Shown here: positions 1 to 10,518 of the stretch, piece after piece
Layout of the letters: each line of letters starts with the position of its first letter
Numbering within the stretch: position 1 is the stretch's first letter
Virus record (IMG/VR): IMGVR_UViG_3300048502_000185
Coordinates: 1-64,000 of that record
Direction: 5' to 3' (one strand)
Origin: a virus
Taxonomy: Duplodnaviria; Caudoviricetes
DNA: 64,000 bases
Made by a program: the position numbers and the translations under genes
Notes under the pieces: generated by a model
What the model was told of the DNA's origin: nothing
The model's database searches: none
The model's input: only the letters and a program-made list of their open reading frames with translations

Positions 1-25
1 AAGCAGTGGTATCAACGCAGAGTAC
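1..25 (+). other. Library amplification adapter (SMART / PacBio low-input PCR adapter), not biological
   Basis: Exact AAGCAGTGGTATCAACGCAGAGTAC at the first base of the window. Confidence 0.97.
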
Positions 26-326
26 TAATCACTGCAACATACACTCCATCAACTCCTAATGAACTTTTTACAACCATCGATTGATACATTGTCAGATTGC
101 CAAGACCTTCAATAAACTTTGTTAACTTGACTTGATCTGGTTTTGCTGGCATTGAAACAACTAAATTGCCAAGGTCAACATCATATGATATTGCTTTTGA
201 CATGTTAGAGGTATCTTCTGGAGGAACAGAATAATCTCGTTTTGTAAATCCCTGGTCATTGGTATTTGACTTACAGCCAATTAGACCAGATAAAACAATC
301 CCACACATTAAAATATATTTTTTCAT
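26..326 (-). CDS. Putative lipoprotein, truncated by the contig end/adapter
   Basis: SD GGAGAG then ATG at 326: MKKYILMCGIVLSGLIGC lipobox; the frame runs into the adapter. Confidence 0.6.
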
Positions 327-338
327 AATCTCTCCTTG

Positions 339-1646
339 CAAGGAAACCAACGATTTTAATCGTTGGATGAATTGCAAAAACAAAATAAAAATATTTTTGC
401 AATCTTCGTAAAACTTTAAATATATCTGATATATCTTATAACAGCATGACAAAACAATCTCATATGCGTAGAACAATCTCCACAAAAATCCAAGTTCCCG
501 AAGGCTTCTTGGAATATGTGAAAGTATGCAATGAGATTTTTAATAAATATGTCGATTGGTGTTTCTTAAATAAATCCTATAATAAATATAGTGTCATAAA
601 GATACATATTCTCAATTTAGAACTGATTATCCTGATATACCTTCTGCTATTATTCAATCAATCAGAGACGCTGCCCTTGGCAGCGTCAAAGCATTGAAGT
701 TTAAATATCAAACCTTATAAGAAACCATCATTCCAGCAGTTGCTTATAGCATATTAGATCAGTCTCTTTAATTAAGATGATAAATCTGTCAATTGCTTGG
801 TCAGGATAAGAGATTTAAACAGCAAATTATAATACCAGAGTTCTTTAAGAATAAGATATTCTGGTAAGTGGAAGTTTCAAGCAGCAACAATAGGTTATGA
901 TACTTTAAATAAGTGTTTCATAGCAAACTTAATTTTCAGAGAAAAGATACCTACAAAAATTATCTCAAATAACATTTTAGGTATAGATAGAGGTATCTAT
1001 AACATAGCAACATTATCTGATGGTTTCAAATATCCTTCCCAGCAGATAAGAGAAAACAAGAGAAAGGTTCTGTATAATAAAAGGAATCTCCAGGCAAAAG
1101 GCACTCCATCTGCTAAACGTAAGCTTAAAAAGTTGAGCAGATATGAGAGGCGGTTTAGCTTGAACGTCAATCACAATATAAGCAAGATGATAGTTGAGAC
1201 TTCTTATCGATATTTTTGTTTTAGAAGACCTTTCAGGGATTCGAAAACAAAAATCTAAAGGAAGAAAACTTAATAAACTACTTTCTAATTGGTCATTCTG
1301 GCAATTAGAATTATTATTAGGATATAAAGCAGAAGCATTAGGTAAACAAGTTGTTTATGTTGCTGCTCCATATACGTCTCAAACATGTAGTTCTTGCGGA
1401 GAAGTTAATAAGAAAAATAGAAAAGGTTCTCATTTTTGTTGCGATAAATGTGGCTTGCAGGAACATGCAGATGTTAATGCTTCTCGCAATATTCGCAATA
1501 ATTACATCTTTGCTGCTGCAAAAATACAGAAGGCAAAGCAGGCTGCTGTCAGTCAGCCAAACGCATTGTTGGCTTCGCCAACAATTCAATGTATCGAATT
1601 GAAAGATTCAGATACAAGCCAACGACTTTAGTCGTTGGTCATTGAC
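339..1646 (+). mobile_element. IS200/IS605-family tnpB-only (IS1341-like) element, copy 1
   Basis: Left-end hairpin CCAACGATTTTAATCGTTGG (349-368), right-end hairpin CCAACGACTTTAGTCGTTGG followed by TCATTGAC (ends 1646); about 1.3 kb, same ends as copy 2; no tnpA. Confidence 0.85.
446..1631 (+). pseudogene. tnpB: TnpB RNA-guided nuclease, multiple frameshifts as assembled
   Basis: RuvC motifs GIDRG (LGIDRGIYNIA), VLEDL and HADVNASRNI; Zn ribbon TSQTCSSCG...FCCDKCG. Confidence 0.85.
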
Positions 1647-1947
1647 AGAATTACTTGTAGTAGATGAAAACGTACAATCTGAATAAGTGCTCGTACACCC
1701 ATTAACATCTTCCCCACCTGGACAAGAGATTGCTATCCCCTTTACAGTAATCCTGCCTTTTACTCCAACACCAACAATATCTTCAGGAAGATCCCCACAA
1801 GTGCTGGTACCAACCGTTTGTGAACGTTTGTAGATAAGTTGAACTTGGAGTTGCACAAGAATTTACTACCCCTTTGCTTGCGCCACTTCCACAACCGATT
1901 GCCCCAATAACTAAAGCCGCTGTCAATAACATTATATTTTTAATCAT
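1647..1947 (-). pseudogene. Cys-rich lipoprotein gene cut by the IS right end, with one internal frameshift
   Basis: GGAG + ATG at 1947: MIKNIMLLTAALVIGAIGC...; continues in ORF 1608..1856 up to the IS boundary at 1647. Confidence 0.55.
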
Positions 1948-2008
1948 TTAATCTCCTCATATAGCCTTAATTGGCTTATTCCCGAACAAAATACACTCAA
2001 AAATATAT

Positions 2009-2359
2009 TCAAAGTGGATGATATATCGAACAAAGATCGGCGTCAGTATCCACAAGCGCCTGATTGCATTGATACGCTCCAAAATAAACATATGGTATCT
2101 CACCATAACAAACGCCAGCGGTACAGGTAGAACCGGCGAAGCAATATCCCTTCGGGATAGCCTCCGAAGGACAACAAACGCCAGCACAAAAGCCCGTCCC
2201 AGCCTCTGGCGAGCCGCACAAAACATAACTTGGAAGCGAAGAACAATTTGTTTCATTCATACTTGCATCAGTATGTGATATGTCCTCAGTAAGGAAAGAA
2301 CCATTACCAGCACAACCAACACAAACAATTACCAATGGTAATATATAATATATTTTCAT
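2009..2359 (-). CDS. Cys-rich putative lipoprotein
   Basis: Internal start MKIYYILPLVIVCVGC (lipobox-like); 8 or more Cys. Confidence 0.55.
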   Translation of the reverse strand: MKIYYILPLVIVCVGCAGNGSFLTEDISHTDASMNETNCSSLPSYVLCGSPEAGTGFCAGVCCPSEAIPKGYCFAGSTCTAGVCYGEIPYVYFGAYQCNQALVDTDADLCSIYHPL

Positions 2360-2388
2360 TTGACACAACCCCTTTTGGATTAAAAATC

Positions 2389-3144
2389 TCACAGACACGA
2401 ACAAGTCTCTTGGCTCCAAACTTTTTGGATCGATATGCCATCGATAACAATTGGAACCCAATCACATATATCAGCAATCTCAGACAAAGAAGCGTCATCC
2501 CAATATCCCTGATTATCAGGGTTTGTTGTAGCTTCGTATGTTTCATGAGAAACGACAGAATCAATGGCATCAGTATTTTGATACGATATAACAGCATAAG
2601 CATATCTGCCAGATCCATACGTAGAACTTCCATGATAACCTGCCCAATGATTTTTAATCATATTTGCGGTTACGTTATATGGTGGTAAGAATATAACATA
2701 TAGTGTATCTGTTTCTGGTGTAGGTATAGTTCCTTCCTGAATATCTTTATTTATCTCAGTGACTATTTTGCCATCATCAAATGATGATTGAACATCACTC
2801 GTCGAGTCATTCAAAAAATCTGTATTAACTTTATAATAATTGGCATTTAATATTGGATTACTAATTCCATATTCTGCCAATCTATCAAATACTATATCAG
2901 TAGAATACAAGTTAGTCCAAATATTGTGATAATACAGAGACTCACCAGTATTTTGCCAATATGAACCCCAAAAAATATAAGTAATATTAGGATTCGTCAA
3001 TAGCCAACCAGATTTATCGTGTCTATACACATGGTAAGGACACGAATCAGTTTGAGCAGGACCATCACCTAAGCCCGGTGAAACTATACAGCCACATAAT
3101 GTCATTAATAATAATGACATTGCTAATTTTATATTACGAATCAT
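2389..3144 (-). CDS. Lipoprotein with PHI-1/EXORDIUM-like (Phi_1) motif
   Basis: Lipobox LCGC; SHETYEATTNPD...EIADIC resembles the HExxExxTxP...EIxDxC motif of Phi_1-like proteins. Confidence 0.55.
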   Translation of the reverse strand: MIRNIKLAMSLLLMTLCGCIVSPGLGDGPAQTDSCPYHVYRHDKSGWLLTNPNITYIFWGSYWQNTGESLYYHNIWTNLYSTDIVFDRLAEYGISNPILNANYYKVNTDFLNDSTSDVQSSFDDGKIVTEINKDIQEGTIPTPETDTLYVIFLPPYNVTANMIKNHWAGYHGSSTYGSGRYAYAVISYQNTDAIDSVVSHETYEATTNPDNQGYWDDASLSEIADICDWVPIVIDGISIQKVWSQETCSCL

Positions 3145-3189
3145 TCATTTTCCAGCGTAGTCTCGGAACACCGAGCAATTATACCAGGA

Positions 3190-3217
3190 ACTTTAACCAC
3201 GATCTTAAGCATGTCAA
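3190..3217 (-). promoter_or_regulatory. Putative sigma70-type promoter
   Basis: TTGACA-16 nt-TAAAGT upstream of 2389..3144. Confidence 0.45.
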
Positions 3218-3852
3218 GTCCCTAACGACAAAATAGTGTACTCGCCCAGCTCTGCTGTGGCGGGCAAGTGCGGAAGGTCTTAAACTGCGACTCCGTCAGT
3301 CTGTAAATGGTAGGTTGTACTCTTCCTGCTTAGCCGATGGCAATTCTCGAATGCAAAAATTGTCTCGATACAGCGAAACTCTACCAGCAAAAATCTCGCT
3401 ATTTATAGACTTAGTCTCATCACAAAACTTGGCGTGCAAGTCATAGGCGTACTTCTCGCTTTCACCCTCCCAAACTTTTTCTCCATCAATCAAAACCTTG
3501 AACATCTGAATACAGTCTCCAATACAGGCGTTAAAATTAATAAACTAAATACAAACATTGGCAAAAATACAATTAGCAATATTGCAAACACAAAATATTA
3601 CCTCATTCCCATTACGATTGCCCGAAAATACTTTTCAAATTCTTCCTCTGACATATTCTTTCTTTTTATATAGATTGAAGGGTTTGTAAATGACAACACT
3701 CCAAACAAAATAAAACAACAAATTGCCAAAATCCCTAAAACAATCATCAAAGTGCCAAATGGATCCATAGTATTCACTTCCTTCCGAGCCAAAGCATTTA
3801 GAGTTTGGCTATATTAGATTACTAATTAATACACAACTACAAACATTTTACA

Positions 3853-4308
3853 TCACGATCCCCAAAAAATATGGTATGCCCCACCTTCTATGTGAAGACC
3901 CTCAAAATAGACATGATGGGTGTCAATACCGCCGAACCAAACGGTTTGTGAACGAGTTTGGCGTTCCGTCTCTCTAATAGCGACTATCAGATCACGAGCA
4001 GTAAAATACTTTTTATTAGGTGCTTTGTGTTCAACATCTACATTGGCTCTACCACTCATTTTTAATGAGGGTTGTTTGAGCACAACGGAATCAAGTTCAG
4101 CTTTGGTAGGCTTACGCTGGTCATACTCGCCATGTTCATCTTCAAGATTCACGTAAGCATCAAACTTCACCGATTTGATTTTGGCACCAGGCGCTCCAGT
4201 AGTATTATACATATTGGGTGATATCAATACTGGCTCTTTTGTAAATTTTAGATCAAGAATACCACCGAACTTTTTATTGAAGTCATCAATATTCATATAT
4301 TTTGCCAT
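3853..4308 (-). CDS. Hypothetical phage protein
   Basis: 151-aa ORF in the co-oriented gene array. Confidence 0.65.
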   Translation of the reverse strand: MAKYMNIDDFNKKFGGILDLKFTKEPVLISPNMYNTTGAPGAKIKSVKFDAYVNLEDEHGEYDQRKPTKAELDSVVLKQPSLKMSGRANVDVEHKAPNKKYFTARDLIVAIRETERQTRSQTVWFGGIDTHHVYFEGLHIEGGAYHIFWGS

Positions 4309-5492
4309 GTTATTCCTTTTTTAACTTATCGATGTCATCCTGTCTAATTCGTAAACGCTTCATCTCTTGTTTAGTACATATATCACTGATTATAGTAAGT
4401 ATAATATACCCAACCCACCAAATAATTCCAATAACAAAAATAGCAACCATTGCCCATAAAGTGATGGTAATTAACGATTCCATTTTCCCTCAAATTGATT
4501 TTGATCGAATCTTATCTTCTAAATAATACGAAGAAGTAGTTACCGCCAACATTAGCAGCAAAATAATACAAACAAGTAATGACCTGTTAATTGAAAACAG
4601 CCCTAACATAAATACCCATATTAAGCCAATAATGGCTAAAGTTCCAACGATACTAAATGAACAAAATCTTAACGCTTTAAGAAAAGCAAATAATAACATT
4701 TAGATATTACCAATGATTACCATCAATATAAAAAATACTAATATCGCTATAACTGATACTATAATCGCCATAAAAACACTATCTCTTTCTACTTACAATT
4801 AATGCGAATATTAGTGTGCACACAACAATACCAAGAATGAATCCCATTTAGTTTTTCTTTCTTTCCAAGAATATTACTATGACAATAATTCCTATTATTG
4901 CAAATATCTTATGCAAAGTCGGAAGACCGCCCAATAACTTTGATATGAAACTTATTACCATTACAATCAAAAATAATTGTATAATCTCCCCCTGCTGGTC
5001 CGAGCCAACCTTTTACTTTGGGTATACGAAAAATATTGCCCCCACCAATAGAGATACAGCAATTTTGCCCAACCTTGGGATCAGACATTAAAATTCCGGT
5101 GATAGAAGTTTCATTAGGACGAGTTAGTTCGACAGCAATAGAGCTCATTTTTATTATTTAGTATCCTCACTTTTTGTTTTGGCTTGGCGTCTCTCGCTTC
5201 TGTCGAAAGTATTCACCAATGCATTAGTTCCATAAGACTCAAAATATGCAAGAAAACGATTTATTGGTCCAAAAACAAAATCATAAATTGCATTGAACAA
5301 TCTATTCTTAGGAGAAAGGAATGTATTAACAATTAGCCGATCTTCCTTAGATAGATTTTTGTAATTTTCTTTTGTATTATACATGAGTTTTCCTTGCATA
5401 TAATTCAATTTTTCCACAACCATTCGCAATAAAAGAAAATCAATTTGGGGAAACAATTTTGTTATTATCTCCCCAAATTGAATTTGGTCTGA

Positions 5493-5837
5493 TTAGACCC
5501 TTCGCTTGAGACCGCCGCCCTTTCCCTTCGTAATAACAAAAAGAGAATCTTCTCCCTTGCTGTTATCACGCATGTACTGGAGAGTTAGCTCCTCCAAAGC
5601 GGAGAAGTTTTCTGGCTGAACATTGATGCTATTCAGTGCCATTGAAGCCAACACTGGCATTGCGATGCTCTTGCCGGGATGTGCGTCCAGGATAGAGTCA
5701 ACTGCTGCTGACAGGGTCGCTACTTCAGTCTCATGCTGAGCAATGTAGCTCGCATATTCAGTTTCGAATACGGCAAGCGAAGCGTCGTGATCAATCTTTC
5801 CGTTCTTGTTTACAAGTTCAATAGTAAGTTCATTCAT
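5493..5837 (-). CDS. Putative winged-helix DNA-binding protein, paralog A
   Basis: C-terminal TKGKGGG wing-like motif; paralog of 46001..46357 and 54389..54748; GGAG SD. Confidence 0.65.
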   Translation of the reverse strand: MNELTIELVNKNGKIDHDASLAVFETEYASYIAQHETEVATLSAAVDSILDAHPGKSIAMPVLASMALNSINVQPENFSALEELTLQYMRDNSKGEDSLFVITKGKGGGLKRRV

Positions 5838-5931
5838 TTTAAATTCTCCATTTATTCTCTCTGTTGAGATTTTTTATTCTAAATATACAGAAGCAACATT
5901 ATTGCTGCTACCTGCGTTTTGAGATATCACA

Positions 5932-5960
5932 ATCATACATCGTGTCCGAGTCGATGTCAA
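5932..5960 (-). promoter_or_regulatory. Strong sigma70-type promoter
   Basis: TTGACA-17 nt-TATGAT with extended -10 TG, upstream of 5493..5837. Confidence 0.75.
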
Positions 5961-5999
5961 GGCCCCAGGCGAAAACAACTAAGAAAACGCCTGGGGCCT
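5960..5999. terminator. GC-rich hairpin, possible terminator of the LamG gene
   Basis: Perfect 12-bp stem AGGCCCCAGGCG/CGCCTGGGGCCT; no long U tract. Confidence 0.4.
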
Positions 6000-6045
6000 G
6001 ACACCCAGATAAGAATGACCATACATGACCATACAATTTATATGT

Positions 6046-7590
6046 TTATGGTCTCGGGGGTGCCAATACCCACTGCGTTGTGCCTTGGACGCTTCCAATC
6101 AAACTATTTGGACCACTGTCGTTAGCTACTGTGCCGGTACCTTCGTTCAAGTGCCACAAAGCCAGCGTATCAGACTGCGTTGTCAGTGTGCTAGCGGGCG
6201 TGAAGTTGGTCGGATATTTGTCAGTCGAAGATATACGGACATCACCGATATAGCCGTTGATCGGTGGATGCCAGGAGCCGTCTCTGATAAGTCCGCCAAT
6301 ATTTAGCGAACCCGTTGAATTACCGATGCTAGCTCCGTAAGCGCCCGAACCAGTGGCCACACCATCAACGAAAAGTGTCAATGTTCCATTGCCCAATGTC
6401 GCGGCAATGTGATGCCAAGATTGAATCGCTGGGATAGTAGATGCGCCCTCGCCATCCGAGAAAGATGGACTGAAGATGCCGGGATACCAAAACCAACACG
6501 ATGGTGGCTCCTGCGTGGCATCGGCAAAACCAAGAAACTTGTCTTCAGATCCTTGTGTCCACTTGTTTAGGATCATCTCTCCTCCAAACGAGGTTAGATA
6601 AAACCAAGCTTCCACGGTAGCGGCTGTACCCAAGTTTAATGCGGTAGAATTAGGAACAATTACCTGTCCAGTTCCACTGAACGATAGTGCATTAATACCT
6701 GCTACGCAGGTTCCTGCGTTGCAGACATCGCCAGTGCCACAATCAGCATTTACTGTACAAGTAAAAGTTCTTGCCAACTGAACAATTGGATTTGCACAAA
6801 CTGAACCAGCACTGTTGCCCGTAAGTTCGCACAATTCAGGTATTGCACAATCAGCATTTACTATACAAGTATCATTAATTGCCAATGGCGCAATACAAGT
6901 AGAAGGCCCTGCGCTTGCTCCAAGATCACAATTTATGGACCCAAGCGTAGAATTACACGGGTGTCCAAGACATGTTAAACCTACATCACAAAAATCATTG
7001 CCATAAGAGCCATCAGACTGAATACCAACTGGTGTATTGCAAATACCTCCAAGCTCAGACGGAGATTTACAAGCGAATGGCCCGCCAGATATTCCACCAC
7101 CCAATGCTGCCCCTTCATAAACACAAGTTAGTCCTGGTTGACAAGTGTTGGTATCTGAGCAAATACCATTTAATGCAACACCCGGCACAACAGTAGATGT
7201 TTCTGAAGTACTTGCTTCCGTGCCAGCATCTACAACAGATACTGGATCAACAACTACTGATACGGCAGCATCTTGTAGATTAACAGATACTTGAATTACA
7301 ACGACTACCGTGCCGCCATCAGGAGCGGTTTGAGTCGCAGTCTGCGTACTTGTCGACAAAGCAGTGCTCATACTTGAAGAGGAAGATGATGTAGAAGTAG
7401 ATGTGCTAGTGCTAGTGCTCGTGCCAGTGTCAACACCAGTAGTTTGGGCTACAGTAGAAGAGGTTGATGATGACCTAGTGCCAGAATCAGTTGGATTGGG
7501 ATGGTAAGGATCTCCATTTTCCCCAGGAAACATTGAGCAGCCAGAAGACGCAATCATAATTGCTAAACTTGATACAACATATTTTCTCAT
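6046..7590 (-). CDS. Lipoprotein: Ser/Thr stalk, Cys-rich repeats, C-terminal LamG/ConA-like domain
   Basis: IMIASSGC lipobox; TVEAWF...WHHIAAT...LFVDG...IGDVRIS...LALWHLNEGTG is typical of LamG-like jellyrolls. Confidence 0.85.
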   Translation of the reverse strand: MRKYVVSSLAIMIASSGCSMFPGENGDPYHPNPTDSGTRSSSTSSTVAQTTGVDTGTSTSTSTSTSTSSSSSSMSTALSTSTQTATQTAPDGGTVVVVIQVSVNLQDAAVSVVVDPVSVVDAGTEASTSETSTVVPGVALNGICSDTNTCQPGLTCVYEGAALGGGISGGPFACKSPSELGGICNTPVGIQSDGSYGNDFCDVGLTCLGHPCNSTLGSINCDLGASAGPSTCIAPLAINDTCIVNADCAIPELCELTGNSAGSVCANPIVQLARTFTCTVNADCGTGDVCNAGTCVAGINALSFSGTGQVIVPNSTALNLGTAATVEAWFYLTSFGGEMILNKWTQGSEDKFLGFADATQEPPSCWFWYPGIFSPSFSDGEGASTIPAIQSWHHIAATLGNGTLTLFVDGVATGSGAYGASIGNSTGSLNIGGLIRDGSWHPPINGYIGDVRISSTDKYPTNFTPASTLTTQSDTLALWHLNEGTGTVANDSGPNSLIGSVQGTTQWVLAPPRP

Positions 7591-7691
7591 TTAAACTACA
7601 CCTCATCTTTCTTTTGAATACTAACTATTAACACAACAATCAAATCTTTATATGAAGTTTTCTTTTTCTGTTTTCGTATGATTGTTATAGA

Positions 7692-8057
7692 TCATTTATA
7701 GATATTTTCTTCTGGACAATCATCAATAGCATTTTTAGTCATGTCAATAGTAGGAGGATCTGATATCTCTATTTGGGGGAGCGTCTCTCTATTAACATCT
7801 ACTTCGTCAGGAGTCGGTGCTATGACAGTTTTATTGGAATATATTGGTTGATCAAATTTAATTGGAATAATAGGATCTTTACCATTGGAAAGGAATTGGA
7901 ATGTTGGGAACCTCTCCTTGAACATCTCCAATCCTTGGTTTGCACAATTCTTAGCGGTTATTAGAGCTCCCTCCGGCGAACGAAAAGCTTTAATGCTCGC
8001 ATTTGACATGACTGCACAATAGATTTGTAGCCAAACTTGTTGCTCAAACAGTTGCAT
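7692..8057 (-). CDS. Hypothetical protein
   Basis: 121-aa co-oriented ORF. Confidence 0.55.
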   Translation of the reverse strand: MQLFEQQVWLQIYCAVMSNASIKAFRSPEGALITAKNCANQGLEMFKERFPTFQFLSNGKDPIIPIKFDQPIYSNKTVIAPTPDEVDVNRETLPQIEISDPPTIDMTKNAIDDCPEENIYK

Positions 8058-8130
8058 TTTTTATTTTTCCTTTTTAATTAAAAATTTGATAGAGAATTAT
8101 ATCTCTAAAATGACGAAAACCTCAATGTAT

Positions 8131-9012
8131 TCAATTACTTACGCACGAGCGCGTTGACGTTTCATACCAGGCAAATGTCGGTCCATGAGCCAAAGTAGCT
8201 GGTCTTGATGCCGCTCGTATGTGCCAAATGTGTCCGCCCTTCAAAGCTGATATATATGGATGACCACTTTCATTTACCGTAAACTCATCTACATTGCCTG
8301 CCATATCATAAACGCCATAAGGCGAAACGCATCTCGGTTTGGAACCAGAAGGCACTAACATACTACGCAAAATCTTTGACATTGGAGAATTTGGAGTCGT
8401 AGCCTTGAAAACATCTAATCCCTTGGGCATATGATTGTCAAAATTACATGCTGTTCTATCACGCTTATATCCTTCGTTATATGGAAGTGGATGAATCTCA
8501 GGCCCCTCAGCAGCAAGCGTCCATTCATCCTGCGTACACATTCGCTTACCTAAACTTTTAGCAGCCTTCTGAGCGTCATAAAAACTCATCCAATCTTGTG
8601 GAACTTGCCCTTCTTTATTAGGGAACTCATATTTATCAATGCAAAAATGCATATGAATTCTATGTTCAGAAAGACAGCGAGAAGGATATTTGAACTCACC
8701 ACAAGCCCCATATTCTTTATGGGGACCTGGCAATCGTTTGCCATCAATATCAACATCATATAAACAAATCTCTTCTACCTTTGGACAAAAATCTCCATCA
8801 ATTAATACCATATCTTGAGGACATGTTCCTCTTTTATTATCGGGCAAGTTATCATCAGCAAGTTTAACGGTTTCGCCAAGTTCTTCTTTTGGCACAGAAA
8901 CAATACCTTGATTAGGTATTATGTTTGCTGGCATATTACAATTCGCTAAGGCGAATGCTGACATTATAGTAAATGGTATTACATTAGCAACCAACGACAC
9001 AATATTTTTCAT
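8131..9012 (-). CDS. SUMF1/FGE-sulfatase domain protein, secreted
   Basis: CPQDMVLIDG...FCIDKYEFPN...GKRMCTQDEW...SPYGVYDMAGNVDEF. Confidence 0.85.
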   Translation of the reverse strand: MKNIVSLVANVIPFTIMSAFALANCNMPANIIPNQGIVSVPKEELGETVKLADDNLPDNKRGTCPQDMVLIDGDFCPKVEEICLYDVDIDGKRLPGPHKEYGACGEFKYPSRCLSEHRIHMHFCIDKYEFPNKEGQVPQDWMSFYDAQKAAKSLGKRMCTQDEWTLAAEGPEIHPLPYNEGYKRDRTACNFDNHMPKGLDVFKATTPNSPMSKILRSMLVPSGSKPRCVSPYGVYDMAGNVDEFTVNESGHPYISALKGGHIWHIRAASRPATLAHGPTFAWYETSTRSCVSN

Positions 9013-9074
9013 GAGAAAGCCTTTGAATAAAAGGGAAAGTGGGTTTAAAATAAATTACAAATAACAATGAAAAT

Positions 9075-9110
9075 GCAAAAACCAACGATTTTTAGTCGTT
9101 GGTTATTGAA
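9075..9110 (+). mobile_element. Solo IS605-type end hairpin (left-end/right-end hybrid scar)
   Basis: GCAAAAACCAACGATTTTTAGTCGTTGGTTATTGA: 5' half matches the left ends, 3' half matches the right ends of the two tnpB elements. Confidence 0.6.
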
Positions 9111-9113
9111 TAT

Positions 9114-9767
9114 TTAGAGAGTTTTCTTATAGTTCCCGTCAGCAGAGACACACATATTTAGGTTTGTAGAAAGCGTTCCGTCGGCAACCAATCCACATAC
9201 AGTAGCCAATGAAACTGGATTGTTATTCAACACAGCCTGAACTACAACCGGGCCTGCTTGCAATAAAGATTGAACGTTTGCTGGAGGCAGACTAACAGTA
9301 AAATTCAATTCAGTTGAAGGTCCAGCATCAGTGGCTGAATATGTAGCCAGAACCTGCGAATCTACAGTAGGGTTAGTGCTCGGTGCACCAGTAATATTTA
9401 CATTAACAGTGTTTACGAAACTAAACTCATCATTAGTATTAGCCAATGATAGTTGAGTAATCGCAATATTGAAACTGTTTGACACCTTGTTAATGTCATG
9501 TAGAGCCCCACTAAAATCGAATGTAGCGCTGGTAGAAAGTTGCGGCATTAGAAAAGACAATCCTGCTGGCGCAGAACTTTGATCAGCACAAAGCCCAGTT
9601 AGCGTAGTACCAGTAGGAACTTGATCGGCAAAACCAGACAAAGCATACGAAAGATCATATGAAAAAGCCTGGCTAACACAGGCACTTGGCTCGGAAACAG
9701 AGACATTCACACAAGCAGTGGCTGCTAAAGCAGCAAGAGATAAAGTAATCATACTAATTTTATTCAT
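9114..9767 (-). CDS. Putative lipoprotein
   Basis: MNKISMITLSLAALAATAC lipobox. Confidence 0.7.
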   Translation of the reverse strand: MNKISMITLSLAALAATACVNVSVSEPSACVSQAFSYDLSYALSGFADQVPTGTTLTGLCADQSSAPAGLSFLMPQLSTSATFDFSGALHDINKVSNSFNIAITQLSLANTNDEFSFVNTVNVNITGAPSTNPTVDSQVLATYSATDAGPSTELNFTVSLPPANVQSLLQAGPVVVQAVLNNNPVSLATVCGLVADGTLSTNLNMCVSADGNYKKTL

Positions 9768-9787
9768 TATATAAGTCCTTTCAAATA

Positions 9788-10495
9788 TTAAAATAGAAGT
9801 TCAAAACCAGTACTAAACCCAGGAACCCAGCCAGAAGCATGTGGATTACCGAAAATCACAGTACCAGATGCATTATTACTACTTACAACTGATTGAAAGT
9901 TTGATGTATGAACATTCAGATGTGATTCACCAAACTCAAAGTTCCAACGGAACCCAGTTGCTTTGCCAAGCCTTAAACCACCAAGGAAAGATTCAAAAGA
10001 ATATCCTACACCAGGAACATCAGAATGACCGGGAACCTTTCCTTCTGGGAAAATACCAGCCTGTAAATCTCCAAAGATACCAATCGGAACATCAGGCAAA
10101 AGCGCCAGAGGATCAAGCTTCAAACTAAGTTTTCCACCAAATGGTGCGACATAATTATAATCGAGATATGCTCCAAGCTGGACCCAGTCAAGCTTGGGGT
10201 TTACGACCACGCCCAACGAAGCGCCCGATGGGAAACCGAGACTAAATTCTCCTCCAACGTGCCATGGATGTTCATCCACTTGAACAGTGGTCGTGGCAGC
10301 ATGAGCATTTGCGGCGACCATTGGCGTAGTTGTAGGAGCAACATACGTGTTTGTCACTGGCGCCGTTGCAGTTGCGGGGACATTGGTCGTCGGTGGATCA
10401 GCCATGAGAGACCCAACGGTCTCTTGATCGGCAAGAGCCGAACTACCAATTGTAAGAGAAGAAGAAACAGCAGCAAATATAATATATTTATTCAT
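9788..10495 (-). CDS. Putative outer-membrane beta-barrel protein
   Basis: Signal peptide, Thr/Pro-rich linker, amphipathic beta strands, C-terminal ...GFELLF (aromatic end). Confidence 0.55.
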   Translation of the reverse strand: MNKYIIFAAVSSSLTIGSSALADQETVGSLMADPPTTNVPATATAPVTNTYVAPTTTPMVAANAHAATTTVQVDEHPWHVGGEFSLGFPSGASLGVVVNPKLDWVQLGAYLDYNYVAPFGGKLSLKLDPLALLPDVPIGIFGDLQAGIFPEGKVPGHSDVPGVGYSFESFLGGLRLGKATGFRWNFEFGESHLNVHTSNFQSVVSSNNASGTVIFGNPHASGWVPGFSTGFELLF

Positions 10496-10518
10496 ATAAA
10501 TCCTTTATAGGTTAATTG

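Noticed and set aside
1-25. Apparent genome terminus and the C-terminus (..ISTLR*) of ORF 12..485
   Set aside because: It is the amplification adapter; both the stop codon and the end are artificial
1647-1666. TnpB copy 1 guide targeting 54314 (AGAATTACTT)
   Set aside because: Only a 10-nt match in AT-rich sequence, which is expected by chance
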